62,151 nt of DNA from Fidelibacterota bacterium (GCA_013202385.1 JABMOT010000158.1:1-62151), one strand, 5' to 3'; counted from the stretch's first letter, positions 18,601-27,905 are shown. Made by a program: numbers and translations. Notes: generated by a model not told the origin, from the sequence alone.

Positions 18601-19202
18601 CCATTCAAATAGGCGATATAACCATCATCTACATCCATATGAAACATCAGGGATTGCACGGAGCCAGGGTCAGCGACCAGGAAGGTTTTACGCATATACA
18701 GTGAAAGGGTAGGACCGATCACCGTGGCATCATCGTTATCGCCATAGCCAATGCCAGTTGGACCTGTTTGCCAGGATCCATCGGCAAAAGAAAGACTGTT
18801 CCAGCTGCTTTGAGGCTCGCTACTGCCAGGGAAGTACTTCCAGTCATCACCTGCAGTGATTGCCGGATTCCAGTTTATAGCGGCTCCCTGTCTATCCTTC
18901 TCTGAGGCAAAAATTAATAAATGCCCGGCTGGGGGTAGACTACCATCCCGAAAAGTGAATTGAAATGGATCTGAGGAATCATCAGAAATACCATAGCCAT
19001 TGAGGTCAACGGCGCTGGAACCCGGATTATAGAGTTCTATCCAATCAGGGGTATCCCCGTCCTCATCAAATGCACTTGAGTGGTTTGATGAGACCACCTC
19101 GTTAATCACGAGGGCTTGTCCTAGAACAATTACGGGGCAGAGGACAGACAGTATACCGCTCCCTTTAACCATGATTTTTAGTATGTCTATCATTCCATCC
19201 AA
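15642..19202 (-). CDS. LTD - jelly-roll - CHB_HEX_C-like - CotH - LTD - T9SS CTD giant secreted protein
   Basis: 1186 aa. Lamin-tail domains: LVINEVVSSN...DWIELYNPGSSAVDLNGYGISDD and IVINEINYNSD...DWLELYNATTVPINLTGWYLSDS. CotH core: YRDVFMNSLIADRAIDRQAYHPVEVYFNGDYWGVYNLREKI ... WIIYDTDFGFG. CTD: YPNPFNAQISISL...GMYIVRV...KIALLR. The true start may be an internal Met (MVKGSG...). Confidence 0.8.
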   Translation of the reverse strand: MDGMIDILKIMVKGSGILSVLCPVIVLGQALVINEVVSSNHSSAFDEDGDTPDWIELYNPGSSAVDLNGYGISDDSSDPFQFTFRDGSLPPAGHLLIFASEKDRQGAAINWNPAITAGDDWKYFPGSSEPQSSWNSLSFADGSWQTGPTGIGYGDNDDATVIGPTLSLYMRKTFLVADPGSVQSLMFHMDVDDGYIAYLNGVEFARQNMGAPGTFKSYQAVSDSYTEPLLPQNIDLSPILINDPDLVPGYNVLAIQVHNQSSSSSDLTALPFLSLGQFESTGESLPEYLIIPGDQQIHTNFKLSSSGEHIYLSNPEGVLVDSLVCPALTADLSYGCEPDGSEAYHFFLNPTPGSQNSGGFAQLAIAAVPSLEPGFYSGSRAVDFVVPPDGSLYYYTLDGSRPDNTSSLYSGPIVLNQTSILRVRVNSPDGLHHHYSTFSYFIDEPHEMSVMSLTFDPGAFFDNDTGIYVMGAGADQNFPYFGSNFWEDWEQPLHIEYFEDAQDLSFSAPGGVKIFGGWSRGNAQRSLSLFARGSYGVSEFEYPFFAERDYDKFQSLVLRNAGNDWQESGYRDVFMNSLIADRAIDRQAYHPVEVYFNGDYWGVYNLREKISEHMLASLWDIDSDELDLLEFGGSVVHGSNGQYQDLLSFVNSHTLNSDTDFEYVRDRVDLTNFIEYQIAQIYFDNQDWPGNNIKFWKSREPSGRWRWIIYDTDFGFGIWGPNNYQNNTLAFATNPNGPDWPNPPWSTLLLRKFLNNVSFKHEFILKASDMLNTNFLPARVTEKLSSARSAIYSGMSDHFARWNHNNFSHWYDEFAVMQNFGEQRPSYMRSHMRSKFGLPQEQPLTIQVQPENAGVIRVHSVIPRELPWTGYYFPLVPLDVEAISASGYEFSHWENLPSDDVLLVLNMSSPLNLTAVFTALPGGNAGIVINEINYNSDSASDSKDWLELYNATTVPINLTGWYLSDSNDDNRFQLGNVSLEPDGFLVVSSDSLAFRLVHGSTPRIVGDLGFNFSNAGELVRIFDPLGNLVDSLSYDDEAPWPALADGSGATLELVHPSLDNGLSESWAASEGVGTPGGQNSRYLDPASAIEAENPTVLKIQRAYPNPFNAQISISLGLHLNVESRIQIFDLRGALVRDSFIPAVAAGQYTFVWDGKTNMGRDCASGMYIVRVSQSALSNSMKIALLR

Positions 19203-19213
19203 GCGCTTGTGAG

Positions 19214-21541
19214 CTATTTAATGAGCAACATTTTCTTTACGGCCAAATCACCACCTGATGCCAACGAATAGAAATAACTGCCAGAGGGCAAATGAGAAGC
19301 ATCAAAAGATAAGCTGTGTTGACCCGAAGCCATGTGATCATTGACAAGATTTGCAACGATTTGTCCATTTATGTTATAGACATTCAGAACCACAAGACCA
19401 GATGCAACCAGACTGAATCTAAGGGTTGTTGAAGGATTAAAGGGGTTGGGATAATTCTGCTCAAGTGCAAATCCCCGGGGAAGGAGCTCTGCTTGCGTAT
19501 CAATCCCAACGGTATTTGAGTGGAAGTAAAGATTGTCCCAATAAATGGTCCCATTTCCTACGACCTTAAACTGGAAAACATCTGTGAGATCCACATTTGG
19601 ATAGGTGGTCAATGGTATATCTACACTCACCCACTGTTCAGTTTGCAAAGCGAAGGTATGAAAATCACTGTCAACCGTTGGGGTCTGACTGATAATATAG
19701 AATGTCAGCTCGGTGGAATTTCCAGTCCAATAGTCAACGTGCATATAGGTCATTCCCGATACATCCTGGGCTGCAAATTCTGTACCCTGGTAATTTAGAC
19801 CTGAATATAGCAGTGTGTTGTTGCCTTCTATTGAAACTTCAGAAACAACTGTAGCCTGACCCCAATTAGGATTGAAATTGGTAGCAGCAACATTGCTATA
19901 TGTGTCACTGAAAATTGAGTTGACAGCTTCGGCGCTTAGTGTGGGTATTGGAGCATGGGCTGCGGGTCCCGTGGATATCTCCTGGGCTGAAAAACTAATA
20001 TTATCAAAATATCCAGTATTGTCAGTTGTTCTTCCCGCCAAATTGAAATCTGGGAAAACGATGATCTGGTCAACAATACCTGTTGCACCTGCACCAATGC
20101 TGGAGGCCAAATTGAAGGTCAATTCTTCCCATTCATTGATGAGTGTGTTGGCTACTTTTACTTCAATTTGAGCATCGCCATTTGCTTCGGCGAATTTGAT
20201 GCCTACATCACTGATCACAGATTTGTAAACCATTATTTTGACGATACTATTTGAGTTGTCAAAACTGAAGGGGCCAATATCAGCTCCGTGAAGCGATTCG
20301 AATCCTGCCCAGGGGGCTCCTGTTATCAACGCTGTGAATGAGGCCACGGTCGCAGATGTATTGATGCCACCAACACTTGGATTCGCGACTATAGCCAGTG
20401 GGTCATTCGAACCATTCTCAAAGCTGGTCCAGGTCCAGTCTGCTCCGTAACCCTCTGTCTCAAAGTCTATAGGGGAGTAGGGTCCAACCATAGGACCGCC
20501 ACCTTCACCATAAAAATACAAGTTATCCAGATAGACATCACCAGCTCCCACAAATTTGAGTTGGAAAACTTCAGCAAGATTGACCGGGTAAAACGAACTC
20601 ATTGGAATATCTACACTCACCCAGCTCTCAAGTGTGAGTGGTAATGTGTAGGCTGCCTCTACTGGGCCTGGACTAATGAGAAAAACTTCCAGGGAAGTGG
20701 CATTTGCGCTCCAGAAATCAACATGGAGACTTTCCATAGCGGTGAGGTCCTGGGCACTACCCAGCTCGATACCCTGATAATTCAATCCAGCATAGAGGAG
20801 GGTGTTATTACTCTCAACAAGCACTTCAGAGACAACGGTTGCTTGACCCCAACCAGGATAGAAGTTGGTTCCGGCGATATTGGTATAAGGGTCACTGTAG
20901 ATTGAAATGACATCTTCAGCCAGGGCTACAGGTGTGGGAGCATGAGCTGATGGACTCGGAGGGAGGTCAACGCCACTGAAGGTAACATTGTCAATGTAGA
21001 CCGTGTTGTCGGTAGTGCGACCTGCAGAATCAAAGTCTGGGAATATGATGATTTGATCAATGATGCCAGTAATACCAGCGCCTATGTTACCGGAAAGATC
21101 AAAGGTCAGCTCTTCCCACTGGTTGATCTGGGTATTGGAAACCTTGATTTCAGGTTGAGCCTCACCATTGGCCTCGGCAAATTTTACTCCGACATCACTG
21201 ATGACGGATTTATAGACCATAATCTTCACCGTGCTGTTGCTAACATTGAAGCTGAATGATCCGATATCAGCACCATGCAGGGACTCAAAACCTGCCCAGG
21301 GCTGTCCTGTGACAAGTGCTGTATAGGAAGCCACCGTGGCCGAAGTGTTTATCCCGGATGGGTCCGGGTTGGCAACAATGCCGACGGGTAGGTTGCTATC
21401 ATTCTCGAAAGGGGTCCAGGTCCAGGTGGCACCATGTCCTTCTGTCTCAAAATCAATAGGAGCAACCTGGGCAAAGCCCATGCTCCCAAAAGCGAGTAGA
21501 GATGTTAGTATCATTATTTTTTTTGAATTGTTTAAAAACAT
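19214..21541 (-). CDS. T9SS-secreted putative glycan-binding protein built as (A-B)x2 tandem modules + CTD
   Basis: 775 aa with a signal peptide. Module A is PIDFETEG.GA.WTWT.FEN...IVANP..GINTSATVAS.TAL.TG.PWAGFESLHGADIG. Module B is AHAP.P...E.V.SI.SD.Y.N.A.TNF.P.WGQATVVSEV...NNTLLY.GLNYQG...DN LYF. Each module occurs twice. CTD: YPNPFNPSTTLRFSL...GSYFYSL...KKMLLIK. No catalytic motif is recognisable. Confidence 0.7.
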   Translation of the reverse strand: MFLNNSKKIMILTSLLAFGSMGFAQVAPIDFETEGHGATWTWTPFENDSNLPVGIVANPDPSGINTSATVASYTALVTGQPWAGFESLHGADIGSFSFNVSNSTVKIMVYKSVISDVGVKFAEANGEAQPEIKVSNTQINQWEELTFDLSGNIGAGITGIIDQIIIFPDFDSAGRTTDNTVYIDNVTFSGVDLPPSPSAHAPTPVALAEDVISIYSDPYTNIAGTNFYPGWGQATVVSEVLVESNNTLLYAGLNYQGIELGSAQDLTAMESLHVDFWSANATSLEVFLISPGPVEAAYTLPLTLESWVSVDIPMSSFYPVNLAEVFQLKFVGAGDVYLDNLYFYGEGGGPMVGPYSPIDFETEGYGADWTWTSFENGSNDPLAIVANPSVGGINTSATVASFTALITGAPWAGFESLHGADIGPFSFDNSNSIVKIMVYKSVISDVGIKFAEANGDAQIEVKVANTLINEWEELTFNLASSIGAGATGIVDQIIVFPDFNLAGRTTDNTGYFDNISFSAQEISTGPAAHAPIPTLSAEAVNSIFSDTYSNVAATNFNPNWGQATVVSEVSIEGNNTLLYSGLNYQGTEFAAQDVSGMTYMHVDYWTGNSTELTFYIISQTPTVDSDFHTFALQTEQWVSVDIPLTTYPNVDLTDVFQFKVVGNGTIYWDNLYFHSNTVGIDTQAELLPRGFALEQNYPNPFNPSTTLRFSLVASGLVVLNVYNINGQIVANLVNDHMASGQHSLSFDASHLPSGSYFYSLASGGDLAVKKMLLIK
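19520..21460 (-). repeat. Intragenic tandem duplication (~318-aa unit, offset 329 aa / 987 nt)
   Basis: Unit 1 is aa 28-344 (20510-21460) and unit 2 is aa 357-674 (19520-20473). They align colinearly, with long identical runs such as VKIMVYKSVISDVG.KFAEANG and WGQATVVSEV. Confidence 0.85.
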
Positions 21542-21692
21542 ATATTCTCCAATATACCAATAGTTGAATTAGCCAGGTTAGTTTGTGATTCTTATCCAGG
21601 TCAGACTCCTCATAGTGTTTTCAACACTATCAGCCAGAGTGAATCAGCGTGTCATATTATACGGAAGCTTGCTCTCTTTGCTTCTCACTGAC

Positions 21693-22784
21693 TTAAAATT
21701 TCCATTTGGGTTTACGATTCTCGTAAAAAACACCCCAATGCTTTTCCATCACGCTGGGATCTGATTGAAGACCACCGCCTTTCCAGGGCTCATCAAAAGC
21801 TTCAAAAAGGAAAAGGGTGACCTGATTCTCGTTGGTCCAGGAGTTGAGCTGAGTAACAAATGTTTCCTGGGCTTTTATACTAACTTCCGTTTTAACAAGG
21901 GCGCCCTCTTCCCCGGGACCCATTTTTTCGGGATTGTAAAGCGTCGCCCAGCCGGTTTCAGACAATATTATCTCTTTGTCTGGATGAAAAGTCTGAGCCG
22001 CTTTATAAACACTGTCTATCCAGGTCATTGCGTTCTCAAGGGTTTTACCATTCCATAGGGGATACGCGTGCAAAGCCATGAAATCAATCTCTGCAGCAAC
22101 TAATATGCTGTGTCCCTTATTCCAGAAATTATAGTCATCGGCTGTAGTCACAGGCTGTTTGGTAAGATTTCTAACTGCACGAATGTAACGAATAAGATTC
22201 TTCATTTCCATGTGGTGCCAGGACCAATCTACCTGGGATTCATTCCCAACATTGATGGCAATGACTTCATCAGGGAAACGATTGGCTAATTCAATCCCCT
22301 TCGTCACCTGTTTCAGATTCTCCACTTCTCGATCTGGATTCTTTGTTTCGTTCTCCAGCCAGATACCCAGCATCACGCGGATGGGGAGTTGATTTTCATG
22401 AATAACCTTTAGGACACGTTCACTATCATCATCGGATCCGTAAACGCGGATAAGGTTCCACTTTGGAGACAGAATATTGAGGTCCTCAAGAATTTCCGCT
22501 TCGCTGGGACCCTTAACGCCAGGGGCTTGGCCCTCTCGATAACATCCATAGGAAATACCATTGCCAATCCATTTATTATTCAGATAGGGAGTGAATATTC
22601 GTTCAACGAAAGGAGATTCTTTTGCAAAAATAGTTGAATCGGATTCCATGCTGCTGAGAAAGTCTGCAGCCCTTGGAAAAGGTGCTGGCGCACTTTTATT
22701 CAACATAAGTTTCTTGGTTTGACAGGATATCAGGCAGCATGTGACCACCATCAATATCCCAATAGTTGAACTCAGTCTAGTCAT
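21693..22784 (-). CDS. GH17 beta-1,3-glucanase / transglycosylase-type lipoprotein
   Basis: 363 aa. Lipobox LISC. Bacterial GH17 pattern: GISYGCYREGQAPG, IRVYGSDD, acid/base INVGNES, nucleophile SETGWAT, FLFEAFDEPWKG. Confidence 0.8.
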   Translation of the reverse strand: MTRLSSTIGILMVVTCCLISCQTKKLMLNKSAPAPFPRAADFLSSMESDSTIFAKESPFVERIFTPYLNNKWIGNGISYGCYREGQAPGVKGPSEAEILEDLNILSPKWNLIRVYGSDDDSERVLKVIHENQLPIRVMLGIWLENETKNPDREVENLKQVTKGIELANRFPDEVIAINVGNESQVDWSWHHMEMKNLIRYIRAVRNLTKQPVTTADDYNFWNKGHSILVAAEIDFMALHAYPLWNGKTLENAMTWIDSVYKAAQTFHPDKEIILSETGWATLYNPEKMGPGEEGALVKTEVSIKAQETFVTQLNSWTNENQVTLFLFEAFDEPWKGGGLQSDPSVMEKHWGVFYENRKPKWKF

Positions 22785-22831
22785 GAATACTTCTCCAGGC
22801 TTTTGATGGACTTCTCACGATTTAATACTTA

Positions 22832-25800
22832 TCAAGCCAGTGTGACATCAATACGACTCACCTGACGCTGGCGAATCTCAGTGGCCAGCTTACCGATTAT
22901 GGAATTTCCCTCGAACTGATGTGTGTTCCCATCATTATCCAATATTTTCCATTGTTTTGGAATCACCTTCTCAGAACCATAGGTATTTTTCATGGCAGGA
23001 TTGTGATAGGTGACCATTATTTCACCCAGGAACATGAAGCTAAACGTATTGGCAGGGATGGATAAAGGTAAAGAATCATTTATGCCTGCCTCTTCAACAC
23101 GTTGTGTCTTTGTGGTGAATAGCCAGCCGGGGAGCACGGGCTGCAATTGGAACTCCAGTTCACTCTGATTATTTAGCACAAAGGGTTTCGGACCCATGGC
23201 CATATGCATCAAAATTTGAATGAATTCTGCTGTAGCACCACTTAAGCGCGCCACAAAGCCAGTTCCGTGCAAACTTTTATCGGGATTGGCACTACTTACA
23301 ATAAAGGAGGAGTTCTCCAGGATGCTGCGGCCGTAGATCTCTGGTTTCTGGAACGGAATAAATACCTTTTTAAATTCATCAAAGAAGATGTCGTTCAGAC
23401 CATTTCTCAGAATCTCGTACATGTATTTGTATTCCATATGGAGCCAGATGGATTCGTTCTCAAACCAACCCGGGGAAAACACCCTTGCTCGTCCAATCTC
23501 CATGGGTTCGTCATCGAGAACGGCGTTGACCTTGTACATCCCAAGCTTTGTGTCATAAAGATCGCTCTTCCGAATGTCTTCTACCAACTTACGCGCAATA
23601 GACGTCTCAGGCTGGCAACGCAGAAAATGAACTGGACCTTCCAGAAAATGGGGGAGATGATGAATCCTGAACGATTTTACCCGAAAACAGCTCAGACCCT
23701 TGGAATTGGTCTTGGTGGAGAGAGATCCATCAGCCTCAGTGACCTGAATTAGTTCATGCTCCACAACCTCATGGTTGAAATAGGTTGATGGAATCTTGCC
23801 TGCCATATCCCAGGCCATGTTGATCCCAGTTTCAAGTTTAGACAAACAGGCTTCCAAATAAGTCTTAAGCGCAGAAATGCTCACACGGGTTTCGACACCA
23901 GCAATACCCAGAATGATCTGACTCCGAAATTTTTCCTTGGCTGAATTAGCCTGATCCCAGAAGCTGAAGGGTTCAGGGTCATTCTCAAGAATTTCAGCCA
24001 GCGTTGAAATGAACTCGGCCAACTCTTCAAAAATTTCCAAATCAGCTACGCTGTGGCCATGTTCATTGATAGCCTCCAGAAGGAAAAGTATATTTCGTTT
24101 GATTTCCATGGTTTCACTGAGGCTGGAACCCATGATAGCCGATAACCCATTGAGAGCGTCATACCAGTTGGGTTTATCCGATTCCATCTCCACACCGATT
24201 CCAGAGGGGTCCAGGGAAGCCATTTTGTTGGTGATAAGACTGAGCATTTTGGTAATAAGGAAGGTATGATAGACTACTCCGCTACCATACTGAGTCCGGA
24301 CAGAATTCCGATCCTGTTGGCGCGTGTGAATCAACGCTTCTTTTTGCTTGTCAAGATAGACGGCTTCCAATTGCATGGTTTTCCCATCCCAGATGACATA
24401 CTTCTCATCCCGTGGGTGCACCAGATAGGGACTGTCGTGAAATGTGAAGTTCTGCTTCTCAAAAAGGATGTATCCAATTTTCTCGGGATAGATGGCCAGA
24501 TAATTCTCCAGCAGATCCAAATTATAGGTCCAATGATCAGACCAGTAGCCTTCACCGTGGTCAGTGTCATGGATTTTGTGACAGACGGCCAGCAGATCAC
24601 CTAAGAATGCTTCAGCACCGGTTGAAAGTTCAACACCATTCTGATGCAGGTAGACCAGGAGTTCTCCAGGAGTCCTGGATTCCTTCAAGAAATCTAGCAC
24701 GGAGTCAGCGCGATCCTGGGGCACATGGTCTTTTAAGACCTGCGAGGCGGCCGCGGAATCCTTGACTATATACCGCAGTTCTTTGATAACCAGGGGGTTG
24801 AATCCATCGAGCTGGATCAAATTGTAGAAATGTTCCAGATTACCAGATTTTACATCAGGGTTAAAAAGCAGATCAGAGCGACGATTTTGATTGACGTCCC
24901 GGTAGGCACCGTTTCCCTGGGAAAAATTGGTGGGTGTGATGCGGTAGTCATTATAATCTCGCTCGAGATCACCGTGTCTACGTGAGAATAAATGTAAAAC
25001 TGAATCGGATTTTTTGCCTTTGAGTGTATAGGGAAAACCACCGCGCAGCACATTATCCAGAAAGTTTTGGCGAACATAGAGATCCAGAACTGGTTCGCTG
25101 CTGATGATGAGATTTTTGGCAGTCAGCTCATCGATCATTGTATGACTCACCTGCTTTTTATTTTTCAGGTATTCTGCTTTGCTTATGGTCGGCATTAGCT
25201 GATTCAATGTTTCTTTTGAATCAATATGACCGATTATTGAGGTCAGTGTATAAGAATCCCCAGCAGCTAACTCGGTTTTAAAAAGACTCATGGCAGAGGG
25301 AAGTCTATTTTCAAACACTTGCCCCTCCAGTAGGGTGTCAAAATCCGACTCTAAAAAATTGGCAGGGTGACTGTAATCGTTGTGGGGACCAAAGATCCGC
25401 TGCGGGTCGACAATAGGTTGAAGCAGGCGGGTTCCTTCAGAGGTAGCCTCGAGACCGATATAGAAATTGCCCTTGATAATACGCACAACTTCAGGTCGGT
25501 CTGCAGGTTCTACTTTGCCTTTGAAAAGCGGAGCGGAGTGATCATAGTTTGTGACTTCTACAAAAGCCTCTGTCAGGCGACGAAGATGTTTCAATGCAAA
25601 ATTGTTAAGTCCGTGGGGAATGATAAGTGGGAGACCATCCAGACCTTCAAAAGCGATCTCCTGAGTACCGATGTTCTCAATGTGAAGCGTTCTAATCAGC
25701 CCTGCATATTGATCTTCGGGTACCGTATGATATTCAACCTGGAACTTAAGACCGAGGGTTTCATTCACTTCTTCAAGAGTGAGGTGGGAGGAGGATACGA

Positions 25801-26161
25801 ACATGCGCTGGGTTTTTTGCATGGCCTCATCCTGGTAATGATCCTGAAAAGGTTCATAGTACTTAATTTTAGAATCGTTAGGAAATTTGATAAAGGTCCT
25901 GAATCCCTGGCTGGAAACGAGCTGGTAAGCCCAGTTCGCCGGTAGGAATTCCATGATTGGATTGTCTTTGTCCTGGATTCCCATACTGCAAATACCCTGG
26001 CCACGGTTTACAAAAAATACCCACATGGGGATACCAGTCTTGCCGGCAATTCCTGGGAAAAAGCTGGAAAAGGGCTTTGCCGCATTATAATTCTCAATGA
26101 TGAACTCACCTGAATTATTCAATTCAAAACTGGTTTTGGATCTGCTATTCAAAGGTTTCAC
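22832..26161 (-). CDS. Large cytoplasmic GH94-clan-like protein, candidate beta-1,3-glucan (laminari-oligosaccharide) phosphorylase (GH149/GH161-type)
   Basis: 1109 aa with no signal peptide. Its size and N-terminus (FSSFFPGIAGKTGIPMWVFFVNRGQGICSMG) resemble what I recall of bacterial proteins annotated as cellobiose-phosphorylase-like or beta-1,3-glucan phosphorylase. It sits between GH30 and GH17. The family assignment was not verified by any search. Confidence 0.45.
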   Translation of the reverse strand: MKPLNSRSKTSFELNNSGEFIIENYNAAKPFSSFFPGIAGKTGIPMWVFFVNRGQGICSMGIQDKDNPIMEFLPANWAYQLVSSQGFRTFIKFPNDSKIKYYEPFQDHYQDEAMQKTQRMFVSSSHLTLEEVNETLGLKFQVEYHTVPEDQYAGLIRTLHIENIGTQEIAFEGLDGLPLIIPHGLNNFALKHLRRLTEAFVEVTNYDHSAPLFKGKVEPADRPEVVRIIKGNFYIGLEATSEGTRLLQPIVDPQRIFGPHNDYSHPANFLESDFDTLLEGQVFENRLPSAMSLFKTELAAGDSYTLTSIIGHIDSKETLNQLMPTISKAEYLKNKKQVSHTMIDELTAKNLIISSEPVLDLYVRQNFLDNVLRGGFPYTLKGKKSDSVLHLFSRRHGDLERDYNDYRITPTNFSQGNGAYRDVNQNRRSDLLFNPDVKSGNLEHFYNLIQLDGFNPLVIKELRYIVKDSAAASQVLKDHVPQDRADSVLDFLKESRTPGELLVYLHQNGVELSTGAEAFLGDLLAVCHKIHDTDHGEGYWSDHWTYNLDLLENYLAIYPEKIGYILFEKQNFTFHDSPYLVHPRDEKYVIWDGKTMQLEAVYLDKQKEALIHTRQQDRNSVRTQYGSGVVYHTFLITKMLSLITNKMASLDPSGIGVEMESDKPNWYDALNGLSAIMGSSLSETMEIKRNILFLLEAINEHGHSVADLEIFEELAEFISTLAEILENDPEPFSFWDQANSAKEKFRSQIILGIAGVETRVSISALKTYLEACLSKLETGINMAWDMAGKIPSTYFNHEVVEHELIQVTEADGSLSTKTNSKGLSCFRVKSFRIHHLPHFLEGPVHFLRCQPETSIARKLVEDIRKSDLYDTKLGMYKVNAVLDDEPMEIGRARVFSPGWFENESIWLHMEYKYMYEILRNGLNDIFFDEFKKVFIPFQKPEIYGRSILENSSFIVSSANPDKSLHGTGFVARLSGATAEFIQILMHMAMGPKPFVLNNQSELEFQLQPVLPGWLFTTKTQRVEEAGINDSLPLSIPANTFSFMFLGEIMVTYHNPAMKNTYGSEKVIPKQWKILDNDGNTHQFEGNSIIGKLATEIRQRQVSRIDVTLA

Positions 26162-26199
26162 CTCTCATCTATGCTGCTTAATCTTAAGCCAAAATTCGG

Positions 26200-27897
26200 T
26201 TAAAGCTGAACGCGAACGGTTTGGACGGCGTTTGCCGGGATCATGATCTCAGCAAATTCAGTCGCGATCTGGAGTTTGTAGGTGATGGCTGCAGTGCTGG
26301 TGTTAAGAACCTGAACGCTCACATACCCATCGCTGTTAATTGTGGCGCAGCTATGCAAAGCATCTGGATCCAAAGCTAAAATATTTTTGCTGGTTTGAAG
26401 GGCTTTATCGCCGGGGCGGATGCTTCTGCTAAACTGAGATAGCACATCAAAAATTGGGGTGTAGTAAACATCCTGGGATTGTGTATCAATCATAATGGGT
26501 GCCCCACAGAAGTTATCCGCATGGTTTGGACCTCCCTGTTGATCCAGCACAATATTCCAATCTACCCAGCCAGTCACCCAATGATCCAGGCTAACGATGA
26601 TATTGCGGGCATAGCGGTGGACGGGTGTGTACATAGGGTGATCAGCTGCCAATGGTCCGGCCCATGGCACGGCGTAAGCCCAATCCGTAGCTGTGGGGCT
26701 CCACCAGAACGCGTCATTCTTGAACCAGTCTTTTTCGGTTCGTCCTTCTGGATCTGTACATTCAGCCGGTGCCGGCTTGCCCAGATCATCAATACACCCC
26801 TCGGTGTGAACGAAGGCGTACTCAGGGAATTTGGCATGGACTGAATCAAATACGTCTTCATAGACCTTGTTTGTACTTTCATACCAGTGTACAGCAGTTC
26901 CGTATACATATTTTGCCGCTGCTTCGTCTCCAAGAATCACATCTGTCCAGTGCTCGATTCCGTCCCGATTTTGGTCATAAATGAGCAATTTTGTATTTGC
27001 AAAGGCGCTTTGAGTGAGACCTGGTCCCAAATGCTGTTTGAGAAAATTACTCTGGGATTCAGGAGAAAAATTCATGCTCTCCCACTGACCATTATTGCCA
27101 TGGGGTTCATTAACAGGAGTAAGTCCCCAGATCGTGACACCTTCGGCTTTATAGGCAGTTAAATATTTTAAAATGTAATCAGAATAGGTCGAAACATACT
27201 CTGGCTTCAGGGAACCACCTGTACCCTGCCAGTTGTTTTCGGCCGCCATGCCCACATACCAATCCTCAATATCTTTCATCCAGGCAGGGGCTGTCCAGGC
27301 TGAACCAATGATGCGCAATTCCTGATCGGCTTGCTTACTTTTGATACGAAGAGCCTCCTGGATCATGGGGAGCAGATCGTAGGCTGTGTCTTTTATTCCC
27401 GGGTATTTTTCTGGGTCAAAGCCAGCCTGGTCTGGTGCGATGCTGAACGATTCAAGCGCAGTGTCACCTGCTATATCAGCATAGGAATATTTACCTTCTA
27501 CGCAAAAATCGCAGGCACCAATATGAGTGCGGGTCAATGAGAAATTAGCACCGGAAGCACTGTATATGCGTTTCATGACCTCATGTCGTTTCGCTGAATC
27601 CAGGTGAGCCAGAACAAAGGCAGATGATTCTGTAAAAGAGCTGCCAATTCCATCGATGGTTTGTTTTACCTGGTCTGGAAAAACGGAGATCACCACGCCT
27701 TCAGCAGTCCCAGGTTTAAATGCCACGTTAGCCTGGCTTTCCTGTTTCGCTCCTGCAGCGGATGTGAGAATAATTTCAGATGTCATTTTGGCATCGGTTT
27801 TCAAAATAGCATGGGTGCCACATCCCAGCATGGAGAAGGTCATGAGCAAAAGACCAGAACGGCTGATAATATTGGTTGGTTTCATGTAATTCCTCAT
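26200..27897 (-). CDS. GH30 beta-1,6-glucanase / glucosylceramidase-family lipoprotein
   Basis: 565 aa. Lipobox MLGCG. GH30 pattern: IDGIGSSFTESSA, FSLTRTHIGACDF, SAWTAPAWMK, acid/base LTPVNEP, nucleophile region FVHTEGC. Confidence 0.8.
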   Translation of the reverse strand: MRNYMKPTNIISRSGLLLMTFSMLGCGTHAILKTDAKMTSEIILTSAAGAKQESQANVAFKPGTAEGVVISVFPDQVKQTIDGIGSSFTESSAFVLAHLDSAKRHEVMKRIYSASGANFSLTRTHIGACDFCVEGKYSYADIAGDTALESFSIAPDQAGFDPEKYPGIKDTAYDLLPMIQEALRIKSKQADQELRIIGSAWTAPAWMKDIEDWYVGMAAENNWQGTGGSLKPEYVSTYSDYILKYLTAYKAEGVTIWGLTPVNEPHGNNGQWESMNFSPESQSNFLKQHLGPGLTQSAFANTKLLIYDQNRDGIEHWTDVILGDEAAAKYVYGTAVHWYESTNKVYEDVFDSVHAKFPEYAFVHTEGCIDDLGKPAPAECTDPEGRTEKDWFKNDAFWWSPTATDWAYAVPWAGPLAADHPMYTPVHRYARNIIVSLDHWVTGWVDWNIVLDQQGGPNHADNFCGAPIMIDTQSQDVYYTPIFDVLSQFSRSIRPGDKALQTSKNILALDPDALHSCATINSDGYVSVQVLNTSTAAITYKLQIATEFAEIMIPANAVQTVRVQL

Positions 27898-27905
27898 CCT
27901 CTGGG

